From the human T2T-CHM13v2.0 reference genome, Homo sapiens, in NCBI RefSeq assembly GCF_009914755.1, contig NC_060935.1: DNA of 64,000 nt; one strand, written 5' to 3'. The notes beneath the pieces were generated by a model. That model searched no databases. It worked only from the letters and a program-made list of their open reading frames with translations, and had not been told where the DNA came from. The position numbers were made by a program, and so were the translations under genes. Positions 14,204 through 30,487 of this stretch are shown here, piece by piece; position 1 is the first letter of the stretch; every line of letters starts with the position of its first letter.

Positions 14204-14411
14204 CTACAGATCACTTTGGGAACAACTGACATGTTGACAATATTGATTCTATCCATGAACACTGTATATCTCTCTCCATTTGCTTAGTATTTTACTTTTG
14301 CTTAGTGTATTTAGAATGTCAGAGTACAAGTCTTGGACATATTTGTCAAATTTATCCTGAAATATCTATTTTCAATTTTCTTCTAAATGGCCGTTTTAAA
14401 CATCAATTTTG

Positions 14412-14739
<328 letters not shown>

Positions 14740-15206
14740 TTATATAGAAATACAATTGATATTTGTCCATTGACCTATCCTACAACCCTGCTAAACTAAG
14801 TTATCAGTTTTAGTAACTTTCTCATAGATTTTGTAGGTTTTTCTTCAACAATGATCATGTCTTTGGAAAATAAAGACGTTTGTGTTTCCTTTTCAATCTG
14901 GATAAATTTTGTTTTCTTTGCACTGGCTAAACCCCAGTGAATGTTGAATGGAAGTCGTGAGAGCAGACATTCTTGTCTTGTTCCCGACCGTAGGAGAAGA
15001 ACATTCCTTTTTCACCATTCAGGATGATGCTCGCTGTAGGTTTTTCTATAGTTTTATTTTTTAAAATCAGGATGAGGACATTTCCTTTTCTTCTCTGTTT
15101 GCTGGGAGTTTTGATCAGGAATGGATACTGGATTTTGTGAAAAGCTTTTTCTGAACCTGTGGAGATGTTCACAGGCATTTTCTTTTTCAGTCTGTTAATA
15201 TGGTGA

Positions 15207-15551
<345 letters not shown>

Positions 15552-15962
15552 CTCGTTGAGTTTTAAAACATCATAAAATAACCTGGCATTCCCAGGATAA
15601 ATCTCACTTGGTCATGAGTATTATCCTTTTTATAGATTTTGGGGTTTGATTTGCTAAACATATGCCTATTTCCCATCTGTCGATCCTCTCTGGGGGTGGA
15701 GGACATCTGCTTGTACCTTTTGCACCGTCTTACACGGACTTTTTTAAGTTACTGAATTTTAAGGGTTCTTCATGTATTTTGGATTCAAGGTCGTTATCAG
15801 ACATGTGTTTGACCAAAATGTTCTCCCAGTCTGTGCCTTGTGACTCCATTCTCTCAGCAGTGTCTTTTACACCGCAGAAGTTTATAATTTTAATAAGTCC
15901 AACTTATCACATCTTTTTTCATGGACCATATTTTTGGTCCTGTATCTAAAAAGTTCCTCATC

Positions 15963-16125
15963 AGCTGGGCATGGTGGTGCATGCCTGTGGTCCTAGCTGC
16001 TCGGGAGACTGAGGTGGGAGGATCACTTAAGCTCAGGAGGTTGAGGCTACAGTGAGCTACCATCACACCACTGCATTCCTGCCTGGGCAACAGGGCGAGA
16101 CTGGATCTTAAAATGAAACAAAAAA
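15963..16125 (+). mobile_element. Alu monomer (right arm/FRAM-like)
   Basis: Single arm plus A-rich tail. Confidence 0.85.
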
Positions 16126-16556
16126 AGTCATCACCAAACCCAGAGTCAATCAAACTTTATCCTACGTTATCTTCTAGGAGCTTTATAGTTTTGCTTTGCT
16201 TATAGGTCCATGATCCATTTTGAGTTAATTTTTGTGAAGGGAGGAAGGTCTATGCCTAGATTCTTTTTTCCCCTTCATATGTCCAGGTGTTCCAGCACCA
16301 TTTGTTGAGATGATTTTCTTTTCTCCATCGAATTGCCTTTACTTCTGTGTCAAAGATCAGTTGATTATTCTATTTCTATGAGCCTATTACCTCTGTGCTT
16401 TCTATTCTGCCTGTTGGTCTGTCTATTCTTTTGTCTTCGTTACTGCAGCTTTGTAGTACATCTTGAGGTGTAGGCTCAGTCCTCCAACTTTGTTCTTCTT
16501 CAATATTGTGTTGGATAGTCTGGATCTTTTGCCTTTTTATATAAACTTTAGGATCT

Positions 16557-16700
16557 GGCTGGGTATGGTAGCTCATTCCTGTAACCTCAGCACTTTCAGA
16601 GGCTGCGGTGGGAGAATTGCTTAAGGCCAGGAGTTTGAGACCAGCTGAGCAACATAGTAAGACTCTATCTCTACAAAAATTAAATTTAAAAAAAGGAAAA
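16557..16700 (+). mobile_element. Alu monomer (left arm/FLAM-like)
   Basis: Single arm plus A-rich tail. Confidence 0.85.
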
Positions 16701-16949
16701 GGAAAAAACAGAATCTGTTTTTTTAATCACAAAATAACTTGCTGGGATTTTTATTGGGATGCATCGAATCTACAGATGAAGTTGGGAAGAACTGACGTAC
16801 TGACGATATTAGGCTTCCTATTCATGAACATGAACTCTCTCTGTATTTATTTAGATCTCCTTTGATTTCTTTCCTCAGAGTTTTGCAGTTTTTCTCATAT
16901 GGATCTTGTACTTTTTTTGTTAGATGTATACCTAAGTATTTCATCTTGA

Positions 16950-17435
<486 letters not shown>

Positions 17436-17815
17436 TAATCAGGGTTTTTAGACCATGAAACCATTATTGATATGGTTGAATTGAAATATACCACCTTGTT
17501 TTCGTTTTCCATTTGCCCCATCTGTTCTTTGTTCTCTTCTGCCTTTTAAAAATATTCAGTGTATTTTATGATTCCATTTTATTTTCTTTGATGGTTTCTT
17601 AGCTACACCTTTGTGCTTTGTTATTTTACTAGTTGACTCAGGGCTTATAGTGTATATGTGTATTTACCTTATCACTCTCCACTTTCAAGTAATAGTAGTC
17701 TACTTTATGTATTGCATAAGACCTTTACAACCGTGTACTTCTACCTGCCCCTCCCCAGACTCTGTGTTCTTGTTGCCATACATTTTATTTACTTCATATT
17801 ATAAGCTTCAAATTA

Positions 17816-18130
<315 letters not shown>

Positions 18131-18183
18131 TTATTATTTTGTTTTAAACAGTCAGTTATCTTTGAAAAAGATTTGAAAAATCT

Positions 18184-18603
18184 CTTTTCCGTGCCGATAG
18201 TGCTCACGCAAACATGGTGAAAGTCCCGAAAACCCGTCGGACATTCTGTAAGAAGTGTGACAAGCACCAACCTCACAAAGTGAGACAGTACAAGGACGGC
18301 AAGGATTCTCTGTACGCCCAGGGGAAGTGGCGTTATGACAGGAAGCAGAGTGGCTATGGTGGGCAGACTAAGCCGATTTTCCGGAAAAAGGCTAAAACTA
18401 CAAAGAAGATTGTGCTGGGGCTTGAGTGCATTCAGCCCAACTGCAGATCCAAGAGAATGCTGGCTACCGAAAGATGCAAGCATTTTGAACTGGGAGGAGA
18501 TAAGAAGAGAAAGGGCCAAATGATCCAGTTCCAAGTGCCATCTTTTATTATGAAGACAATAAAATCCTGAGTTTATGTTCACTTCAAAAAAAAAAAAAAA
18601 AAA
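18184..18603 (+). pseudogene. Processed RPL36A (eL42) retrocopy with an uninterrupted ORF at 18214-18570 (possibly RPL36AP39, from memory)
   Basis: Intronless. Pyrimidine 5' leader [44 protein letters not shown] at 18558, poly(A) at 18586-18603. TSD GAAAAATCT at 18175-18183 and 18604-18612. Confidence 0.95.
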
Positions 18604-19220
18604 GAAAAATCTACCATTTCTGGTATTTGTCTTTGCTTTGTATAGATCAACTTCCATCTAGTATAATTTTCCTTCTGCTTGAAGGATGTCCTTTAAGAAT
18701 TTTTTTGTGTGTGTCTGCTGGTTATGAAACCTTTTAGCTGAAAAAAAAAAAGATGTTTATTTTACTTTCATTTTTGAAGAATTTTTTTCTGGATATAAAA
18801 ACTCAAGTTGACAGTTTTTTAATTTTCTTCCAGAACTTTAAAGCTGTTGCTTTACTGTATTCTAAATTGTGGTGTTTCTGGTGAGATGCCTGCTGTCATT
18901 CTCATTTGGTTTCTCTGTATGTGATGTATCCTTTTTCTACGGATGCTTCTTTCAAAATATTTCCTTTGGCACTGATTGCTGGGTTGAAGCAATTTAATCA
19001 TGATGTGCCCGCCTGTCGTTTATTCATGTTTATTGTGCTTGGGGTTCATTGGAATTTTTGAATCTGTGAGTTTATAAATTTTATGAAGTTTGAAAACATT
19101 TCAGCTAGCATTTCTTCAAATAATTTCTGCACCCCTCCTTTGGGGACTTTCCATTACATGCATGTTAGCCTGTTTGGAGTGGTCCCACGGCTCACTGATG
19201 CTTTGTTCATTTGTATTTGA

Positions 19221-19872
<652 letters not shown>

Positions 19873-20691
19873 TTTCTATCTGTGTTTCATTTGGATAGTT
19901 AGTTTTCCAATCTGCCATCAAATTCACCTAGTGTGATTTTTGTCTCAGGCATTGTAGTTCTTATTTCTAGAAGTCCTTGGGTGTTTTAAGAATATTTTCC
20001 TTGTCTCTTTTTAACATAAGTATCCTTTCTTTTAACTTCTTGGACATATAAAATACAATTATAATAAATGTTTTAATATCTTATCTACAAATTCTTTCAT
20101 TTTATCATTTGTGAATCTGCTTCTATAGATTGATTTTTCTCCTCACGATGGATCATATTTTTGTGCTTTTTTGAATTCCTGTTTATTTCTGATTGGATGC
20201 CAGGCATTGTAACTTTTACCTTGCTGGGTGCTGGATACTGTTGTATTCATGTAACTATTCTTAACGTTTGTTCTGGGATGCAGTTATGTTTGGCCCTTCT
20301 AGGTATTACTTTTTTTTTCTTTTTTTCTATTTTTATTTTCTTTTTTCCCTCATCTTCTTTGCGATGGTATGGGTCTTACTTTTAAGCCTTGTCATGCAGA
20401 ATAAAAGCAGCATCTAGTCTAGAGCTAATCTTTCTTCTATTAAGGCAAAACCTTTCTGCGTAGTCTGCTCAATACCTTATGAATTGTGCAGTGTTTCCCC
20501 TCTGGTGGTGAGTGAGCTCTGAAGAGTGTTCCCGTATCTCTTTTGGGAGGTTCCTTCCCAGTTTGGGGTGGTTTCCTCCAGTGCCGGCACTGATCACACC
20601 TGGAAGTTTGAAGGGAACTTCTCCAGGTCTCCGGGATTCTCAATCCCTGTGCTCTCCTCCTTGGTACCTTGCCCTGCCAACCCCAGGTGTC

Positions 20692-20930
20692 TTTTTTTTT
20701 TTTTTTTTTGAGACGGAGTCTCAGGTCCAGGCTGGAGTGCAGTGGTGTGACCTTGGTTCACTGCGATTCTCCTCAAGTTCAAGCGATTCTCCTGCCTTAG
20801 GCTCCAGAGTAGCTGGGATTACAGGTGCGTGCCACCACGCCTGGCTAATTTTTGTATTTTTAGTAGAGACAGGGTTTCACCATGTTGGCCAGGCTGGTCT
20901 CTAACTCCTGAGCTCAAGTGATCCACCTGC
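20692..20930 (-). mobile_element. Partial Alu
   Basis: Alu lacking its 5' end. Confidence 0.9.
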
Positions 20931-21094
20931 TCCAACTGTAATCGTCACTTGATTCGCTCCCCTCTCTCGAGGACCACTACCCTGCACGCTCCCCTCTCTC
21001 ACTACCAAGCACCATTGGATGTCCCATGTCTGGAGAACACTTTTTTCCCCATGTATTTTTTTTAAACTTCTGTTTCTTTGTTTGCTTGCTTTAG

Positions 21095-21378
<284 letters not shown>

Positions 21379-21641
21379 AAATACGGCCCCTTCTACTTCA
21401 CCTTGGCAGGAACCAGTCATTTTCTAGACAGTTATAATTTGAAAATGAGATGGTTTTGTTTCTCTTCCCAATTTTTTGTTTCCTTAGAAGGTTTTCAAGT
21501 TTAGGTTCTAACTCTCTCAGGAACAGGGAAAGCCAGACTTTGCTTGGTTGAATCTGAATCTAATTGAGATTTACAGTGAAAGAACTCAGAGAGACGAGTT
21601 TTTGTAGATTAGGTACAAAGGAAAATGCTTCCAGCAGGTAG

Positions 21642-21943
<302 letters not shown>

Positions 21944-22308
21944 GACATGTTTCTGAGAAGCGGGAGAGAGATTAATCTATCACTTCCCTTGGTGTTCAGG
22001 GAGGATTTTAATCTGCCAGCGACCGGCTCCAGGCTAACATGTTGCCTGCTCAGGCCCTAAGTTCACCTCCTGACACATCCTGCATAGATCATCCTCCAAC
22101 ATACAATCTAAGACACCATCGAGCTTAACAAAAGATGAGTTTGAGCACAAGGAAGTTACATCCCTGCCCTTGGGCGGTAGATATGAATCAATTTGAAATC
22201 CTTAGAACCAGAGCAAGAGTTCAAGGGCTCTGTTCCTGGCAGTGACTTGACTGGGCTTGAGAATCTGAGCCCAACTTAGCCACACTGGAAGATGTAAGCA
22301 AACCTAAC

Positions 22309-22497
22309 ACGTGTCACCCAGATCCTATCAGCCTTCAGCGTCACTCAGGAGGGACACTGTCACCCAGATCCTATCAGTCTTCAGCGCCACTCAGGAGGTA
22401 CAGTGTCACCCAGATCCTATCAGCTTTCAGTGTCACTCAGGAGGGACACTGTCACCCAGATCCTATCAGCCTTCAGCGCCACTCAGGTGGGACACTG
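22309..22497. repeat. 46-bp tandem repeat, 4 copies
   Basis: TGTCACCCAGATCCTATCAG at 22312, 22358, 22404 and 22450. Confidence 0.95.
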
Positions 22498-22740
22498 GGC
22501 CTGCTCGAACACACAGAGGAAGGGCGTCAAGCTCAACCTGTCCTGCAACGTGCTAGCGATGAGAATGTCCACCAGGTTTCAGGGAGGCAGGGAAGGGAAC
22601 CGCGGAAGCAATTGCTGCCAGTAGGAGGAGTGGCCATGCTCTAGATCTGTTTTCAGACGAGAGCTCACTGGATTTGTTGGTGATGAGGCCTGGGGTGTGT
22701 GGGAAGGAACAGAGTCAGAGTCTATGACCGGAGTGTCTGA

Positions 22741-23181
<441 letters not shown>

Positions 23182-23635
23182 TGAGATTCCCAAGTTTTGT
23201 TCAGGAAGGAGGTACAGGCTGGATTAAACATTTGGGAGTCAGTGTACACATGGAATTTAAAGTCCTGGGAATGAATCAGTTCCCTAGGGACAGAGCAGGA
23301 CCAGAGAACAGGCTAAAAGAAGAGCCAGTTAAGGTGGCATCACCAACTGGAAGAAGATGGGGGTTCACAAAACGGCAATGGGGCAACTCTTTAAGAGCTG
23401 GGGGAAAAGCAGTTTGTATCTTGCAACTCACACCAAAATAAATTCCCAAAAGATCAAACGTTTAACAATAACAAGTAGAACTATAAAAAGAATACAGCCA
23501 ATAGTGGTGGCAGTAGAACCGAGTGGCTGAGAGTGGGGCTCCGGAGCCAGAGACTGGGCTCAACCCTTGGCTCTGCGTGCACTAGCTCTGTGCCTTGTGC
23601 AAGCCCCTTGTCGGCCTCCTCTGTCGGGGGAATAA

Positions 23636-23955
<320 letters not shown>

Positions 23956-24842
23956 TGTGTATTATGCTCTTCGAATGGCCTGGTGCGTGTGGCTCACTAG
24001 ATGTGAGTTTGCTTTGTAGTTACTGTTGTTTCGGCATCTCAGGGTGGGGAAAACCTACATATGACACTCAAACCCAAAAGCCAAAACTTGGGAAAGTTGA
24101 TGAATTTGGTTACATACAATTAAAAAATATATTCTGCATTAAAAAAACCCACAACAGGCAAAGCCAAAAGACTGCTGATAAACAGAATATACAACAATCG
24201 TAGAAAAGGAATTAATTTCCCTAATATTTGAGGAGCTCCTGTGAATAATTTTAAAAAGCTCTAAAAACCCAAAGGAAATATTGGCAACAGAGACCAGCCA
24301 AAATTCAGAAGAAAGGAAATACAACTGGCCTGAAACGTACAAAGAGACGTTCAGACTCGATGGGAATGAAAGGAAAGATGAGGGATCGCTGAGAGGGCAT
24401 TCGCCGCCTGCCAGAGAAACAAACAAACAAAACTCCAAACAAAGAAGCAAAGCTGTTAACACACATCCATTTGTTGAGTGAAAGTCTGGGGAGAAATCAT
24501 GGGTGCATTGCTGGAAGATTATACCAGGAAACAACCTCTATGGATAGAATTTGATGAAATTTACTGAGTCTCAGGTACACATAACTTTTGACACAGCACC
24601 TCTAGGATTTCGGGGCGCAGACGCACTTGTACATGGGAAAAATGATGTGTGTAAAGTGTTATTCATTGAAGCACTGCATAGGATGGCAAGAGGTTGGAAA
24701 GGCCTAACCATGCCCCCTAAAGCACTAGTTAAATACACTCAGGTGACCCGTGCAGTTGAGTACCATATCGCTATCATAAACATAAAGTTAAAAGGCTTTT
24801 ATGTATTCACAGACAATGATCTCTGGAAACGGATTTTTAAAA

Positions 24843-25148
<306 letters not shown>

Positions 25149-25204
25149 GAGACAGACTGTTAAGGAAAAAAAAAAAGTGTGGCACAGAATAATTGTATAT
25201 TATG

Positions 25205-25575
<371 letters not shown>

Positions 25576-25951
25576 TCAGGATGCACACAAATGAACGTGG
25601 GACACAGGCCTCTCCGCGGGGGGTGAAGGAGTTCCTACTGTCAACCCTTCTCAGCTTAGGGTCATGTGAACAGACTTACTTGTCAAAAGCAATACATTTA
25701 ATTTTAAACATGTTTAGAGAAAATCCGTTCATAGATCAAAGAAGAAAAAACATATGATCATCTCATGGGCAATAGAAATTCTCCAGATAAATTCAGTATC
25801 TATTCATTATTTTTAAAAATGAATGTAATAGCCAACTAGACATCGCAGGGAACTTCCCCAACCTGGTAACAGCTACCAAAAATCTATGGCAAACGTTACA
25901 CTTAATGGTGAAATATTAAAAGTATCCTTTCAAATCAAGAATATAACAGGA

Positions 25952-26259
25952 AGCCAGGTGCGGCGGCTCATGCCTGTAATTTCAGCACTTTGGGAGGCCA
26001 AGGCGAGCGGATCATGAGGTCAGGAGTTCGAGACCAGCCTGGCCAATATGGTGAAACCCTGTCCCTACTAAAAATACAAAAATGAGCCGGGCATGGTGGT
26101 GCACATCTGTAGTCCCAGCTACTCAGGAGGCTGAGGCAGGACAATCGCTTGAACCCAGGAGGCAGAGGTCTTGGTGAGCCGAGATCGCACCATTGCACCC
26201 TCCAGCCTGGGCAACAAGAGCGTAACTCTGTCTCAAAAAAAAAAAAAAACAAAAAAAAC
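25952..26259 (+). mobile_element. Alu (S-like)
   Basis: Full-length Alu. Confidence 0.95.
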
Positions 26260-26377
26260 ACAAGAACCTGTGTCCCTGTCAGAAGCAGTCACTGTGTCAC
26301 AGAATAGCTGCCTTTTGTGTTGGTTCAAGGCACACACCACCCCCAGATGCTATCTTCATTCCTACTTGTTCACTTTT

Positions 26378-26616
26378 TTTTTCTTATACTTTAAGTTTTA
26401 GGGTGCATGTGCACAACGTGCAGGTTTGTTACATATGTATCCATGTGCCATGTTGGTGTGCTGCACCCATTAACTCGTCATTTAACATTAGGTATATCTC
26501 CTAATGCTATCCCTCCCCCTCCCCCCAACCCACAACAGGCCCCGGTGTGTGATGTTCCCCTTCCTGTGTCCATGTGTTCTCATTGTTCAATTCCGACCTG
26601 TGAGTGAGAACATGCG
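26378..26616 (-). mobile_element. 5'-truncated L1PA 3' end with 14-bp TSD
   Basis: TATACTTTAAGTTTTAGGGT.CATGTGCACAACGTGCAGGTTTG. TSD ACTTGTTCACTTTT at 26364-26377 and 26617-26630. Confidence 0.92.
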
Positions 26617-27729
26617 ACTTGTTCACTTTTGATTGTTTTCCACACTGGAATGGAAGCTCCCTGAATGTTCACGGAATTCCCAGAGTCTCCGAGAGCTTGG
26701 CTGGAAGACGTTCGTGGTAACATCATCTTGAATAAGACATTGCCCCAAATTTCCTCAAGTATGTGACCTTACTTTTAACATAGTTTCTAATATCACGTCA
26801 TTCTTATGATATCAATATATCTCCTTATATCAGTCTAAGTTGATCAGAAAACTATGCTGCCTGTCTCAGGATGTGATTAGCTAATATTTTATTTAGGATT
26901 TCTGCCTTCAAAATAAGACCGGTCTGTGACCTCCCTTTCTTACGCTGTCCTTATCTAATTTCTGTACTGAAGTTATGCTAGCCTCCTAAATGAATGGAAA
27001 AAAAAAACACAACAGCCTAAGCCTATTTTTATGCTGACTTGAAGAGTTGTGTAAGGTTGGACCTTCTGTTCTTTGACTTTTTCCTCCTTATGGTCACACT
27101 CTGGCTTCATTTATTCAAGGTGGTATTTATACTTAGGTTTTCTTTTTCTTCTTTGGTTGGTTTGTGTGTTATCTTTTTCCATGAATTTATTCATTTCAGC
27201 TACAATTGCAAATTGTTTGGCATATAGTTGCTCATGGCCTCCTCTTAGGACTTTTTAAAACTTTGGCGGCCTTTGGACTTGCAGCTCCTTTACACTCTTC
27301 TCTCTCTCTCACCCTCTCTCTCCCCTGCCTCCCTCCTTGATCAGTCTTGATTTGTCTTAACAGTTTGTCTTTATTAACCTCTTCACAGAACTAACTTGTG
27401 AATCATGGAAGCACTTCTAAAAGGTCTTTGTTTAGAATTTCATTAATTTTTATTGTATTTTTAAAAAATGATTTCCTTTAATTCCACGGGGGCCCGTGGG
27501 TTATTCTCTTTTTTCTTTCTCTTTTCTTTTTTTTTAAGGTGTGCACTTTTATTCAACTGGTCTAAGTCAGTGTACGGGTAGGCCCTGGCTACCTCCACCC
27601 ACTCCCAGGGAGACCAAAAGCCTTCCTACATCTCAAGTTGGGGGACAAGAAAGGGGTGCCACAAAGGCTGATCATTCAAAATAAAACAAAATAAAAAAGT
27701 ATTAAGGTGAAGATTTAAAAAATGTTGCA

Positions 27730-28055
<326 letters not shown>

Positions 28056-28876
28056 TTACACAAAAGCAATACTATCACCTCCCCTAATGTAAATATATGG
28101 ACGTCTTCCAGCCAAGCTCTTGGAGTAAATATAAAAATAGGCTGTTTTTCTCCCCCCATTCATTTTAGGAGGCTAGCATAACTTCAGTACCAAAATTAGC
28201 TAATGGGCTCAGGAGAGGACTGGACCATTCTCCTTAGAGAGAAGTGGGGTGGCTTTTAGGAGGGCAAGAGACTTCCTGTGACATTGCATCTCACGACATT
28301 TGGAATGACTATTTAAAAAAAAGATCAATGTATAATCAAAGTCCTCGGCCACATTGTGAACTTTGGGGGATGCTCCCTCCAACCGACCGCTGTCACCTTC
28401 ACCGTTCCAGTTTTTAATTCCTGAGTCAAGCCAAAAAAAACAAAAAAATCAAAAACAAACAAAAAACAAAAAAAAGCCACGCCCATCTCATCTTGTTTTC
28501 TGCACAAGGTTTTGTCAAGAAAGAGTGTACCACAGCTAAGTCCAGTCCGCCTAGAAGCATTTGCGGTGGAGGATGGAGGGGCCAGGCTCGTCATACGCCT
28601 GCTTGCTGATCCACATCTGCTGGAAGGTGGATGGCGAGGCCGGGATGGAGCCGCTGATCCACGCAGAGTATTTGCGCTCGGGAGGAGCAATGACGTTGAT
28701 CTTCATCGTGCCAGGCGCCAGGGCGGTGATCTCTTTCTGCACCCTGTGGGTGATGCTGGGGTGCATGCTGGTCCCTCCAGACAGCACTGTGTTGGTGTAC
28801 TGGTCTTCGAGGATGTCCATGTCACACTTCATGATGGAGTTGAAGATAGTTTCGTGGATGCCACAGGATTTCATGC

Positions 28877-28969
28877 CTGAGGGGGAAATGAGGGCCAGCC
28901 TCAGCTTCCACAGCATGGCCCCGAGGGTGACCTTCCTGTGGGCAGGGCCAGGAGGGGGTCTCCACTCAC
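28877..28969 (-). other. Retained 93-nt spliceosomal intron within the ACTB retrocopy
   Basis: Minus strand reads GTGAGTGGAGAC...CCTCATTTCCCCCTCAG and splits the Gly codon of PSF(L/R)G-M(E/K)SCG, the native ACTB intron 4 position. Confidence 0.9.
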
Positions 28970-29770
28970 CCCGGAAGGAAGGCGGGAAGGGCTCCTCGGG
29001 GCAGCGGAACCGTTCGTTGCCAGTGGGGATGACCTGGCCGTCAGGCAGCTCATAGCTCTTCTCCAGGGAGGAGCTGGTGGTCGCCGTGGCCACCTCCTGC
29101 TTGAAGTCCAGGGCAACATAGCACAGCTTCTCCTTAATGTCACACGTGATCGCCCGCTCGGCCGTGGTGGTGAAGCCGTAGCCATGCGCAGTGAGATCTT
29201 TGTGAGGTAGTCAGTCTGGTCCCGGCCAGCCGGGTCCAGACACAGGATGGCATGGGGGAGGGTGTAGCCCTCATAGATGGACACTGTGCAGGTGACCCCG
29301 TCGCTGGAGTTCATCATGATGCCAGTGGTATGGCCAGGAGTGTACTTGGACAGCACGGCCTGGATGGCCACGTACATGGCCGAGGTGTTGAAGGTCTCAA
29401 ACATGATCTGGGTCATCTTCTTTCTATTGGCTTTGGGGCTCGGGAGGCCTCGGTCAGCAGCACCGGGTGCTCCCGCAGCTCGTTGTAGAAGGTGTGGTGC
29501 CAGATCTTCTCCATGTCATCCCAGCTGCTGATGATGCCATGCTCGATGGGGTACTTCAGGGTCAGGATGCCTCTCTCGCTCTGGGCCTCGCCACCCACAT
29601 AGAAGTCCTTCTGACCCATGCCCACCGTCATGCCCTGGTGTCTGGGGCACCCCACGATGGAGGGGAAGACGGCCCAGGGGGCATCGTCGTCGGTGAAGCT
29701 GGCCTTGCACATGCCAGAGGTGTTGTCTATGACAAGCAAGGTGATATTATCATCCATGGTGAGCTGGGTG

Positions 29771-30000
29771 GGTGTGGACAGACGGCAGGTGTGGAGGGCG
29801 GCGGGTGTGGAGGGCGGCGGGTGTGGACGGGCGGCGGGTGTGGACGGGCGGCGGGTGTGGACGGGCGGCGGGTGTGGAGGGCGGCGGGTGTGGACGGGCG
29901 GCGGGTGTGGAGGGCGGCGGGTGTGGAGGGCGGCGGGTGTGGAGGGCGGCGGGTGTGGAGGGCGGCGGGTGTGGACGGGCGGCAGGCGTGGAGGGTGGCG
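29771..30000. repeat. 16/17-bp minisatellite GGTGTGGA(C)GGGCGGCG, about 14 copies, inside the ACTB 5' UTR
   Basis: Direct tandem units. The reverse complement CGCCGCCC(G)TCCACACC equals an ACTB exon-1 motif. Confidence 0.92.
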
Positions 30001-30149
30001 GAATGGGCCAGGGCAAGGCTCTGTGCTCACAGGGCGGACTTGGTCTGGGCCTTTCCTCCTTTTTCTAACTTCATAAGTGAGATGATTAGCTCATTAATTC
30101 CCACCTCTCCTCCTTTCCAGCTTAAAGCTATTGGTTTTCCTGGAAGCGC

Positions 30150-30487
30150 AGTCAGCCCTCCATATGTGCCTGTTCCACACTTGCGGATTCTACCAACTCC
30201 AGGTGGAAAACACAGTTTGACAAAGGCTGTGTCTGCACTGAATATGTCCATGTTCTTTCCTTGTTATTGTTCCCTAAACAATACAGTATAGCAACTATTT
30301 ATGTGGCATTTACATCACATTAGGTATGGTAAGTAACCTAGAGATGATTTGAAGGAGACAGAAGGATGTGTGTAGATTATATGCAAACACAATAGCATTT
30401 CACATCAGGAACCTGAGCGCCTGTGGATTGGGGTATGTGTGGGAGGTCCCAGAACCTGTCCCCACTGATCCTGAGGGACGAATGTGC
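30150..30487. mobile_element. MER2-like DNA transposon
   Basis: TTCCCTAAACAATACAGTATAGCAACTATTT..AGTAACCTAGAGATGATTT..TTATATGCAAA. Confidence 0.75.

Noticed and set aside
22309-22497. Regular 46-bp repeats, and the 65-bp and 29-bp arrays, as possible CRISPR arrays
   Set aside because: Units repeat in full with no unique spacers, there are no cas genes, and the context is eukaryotic.
28551-30030. Actin-like ORFs as a functional actin gene
   Set aside because: Split over different frames by frameshifts, with a deletion and many non-conservative changes in a near-invariant protein.
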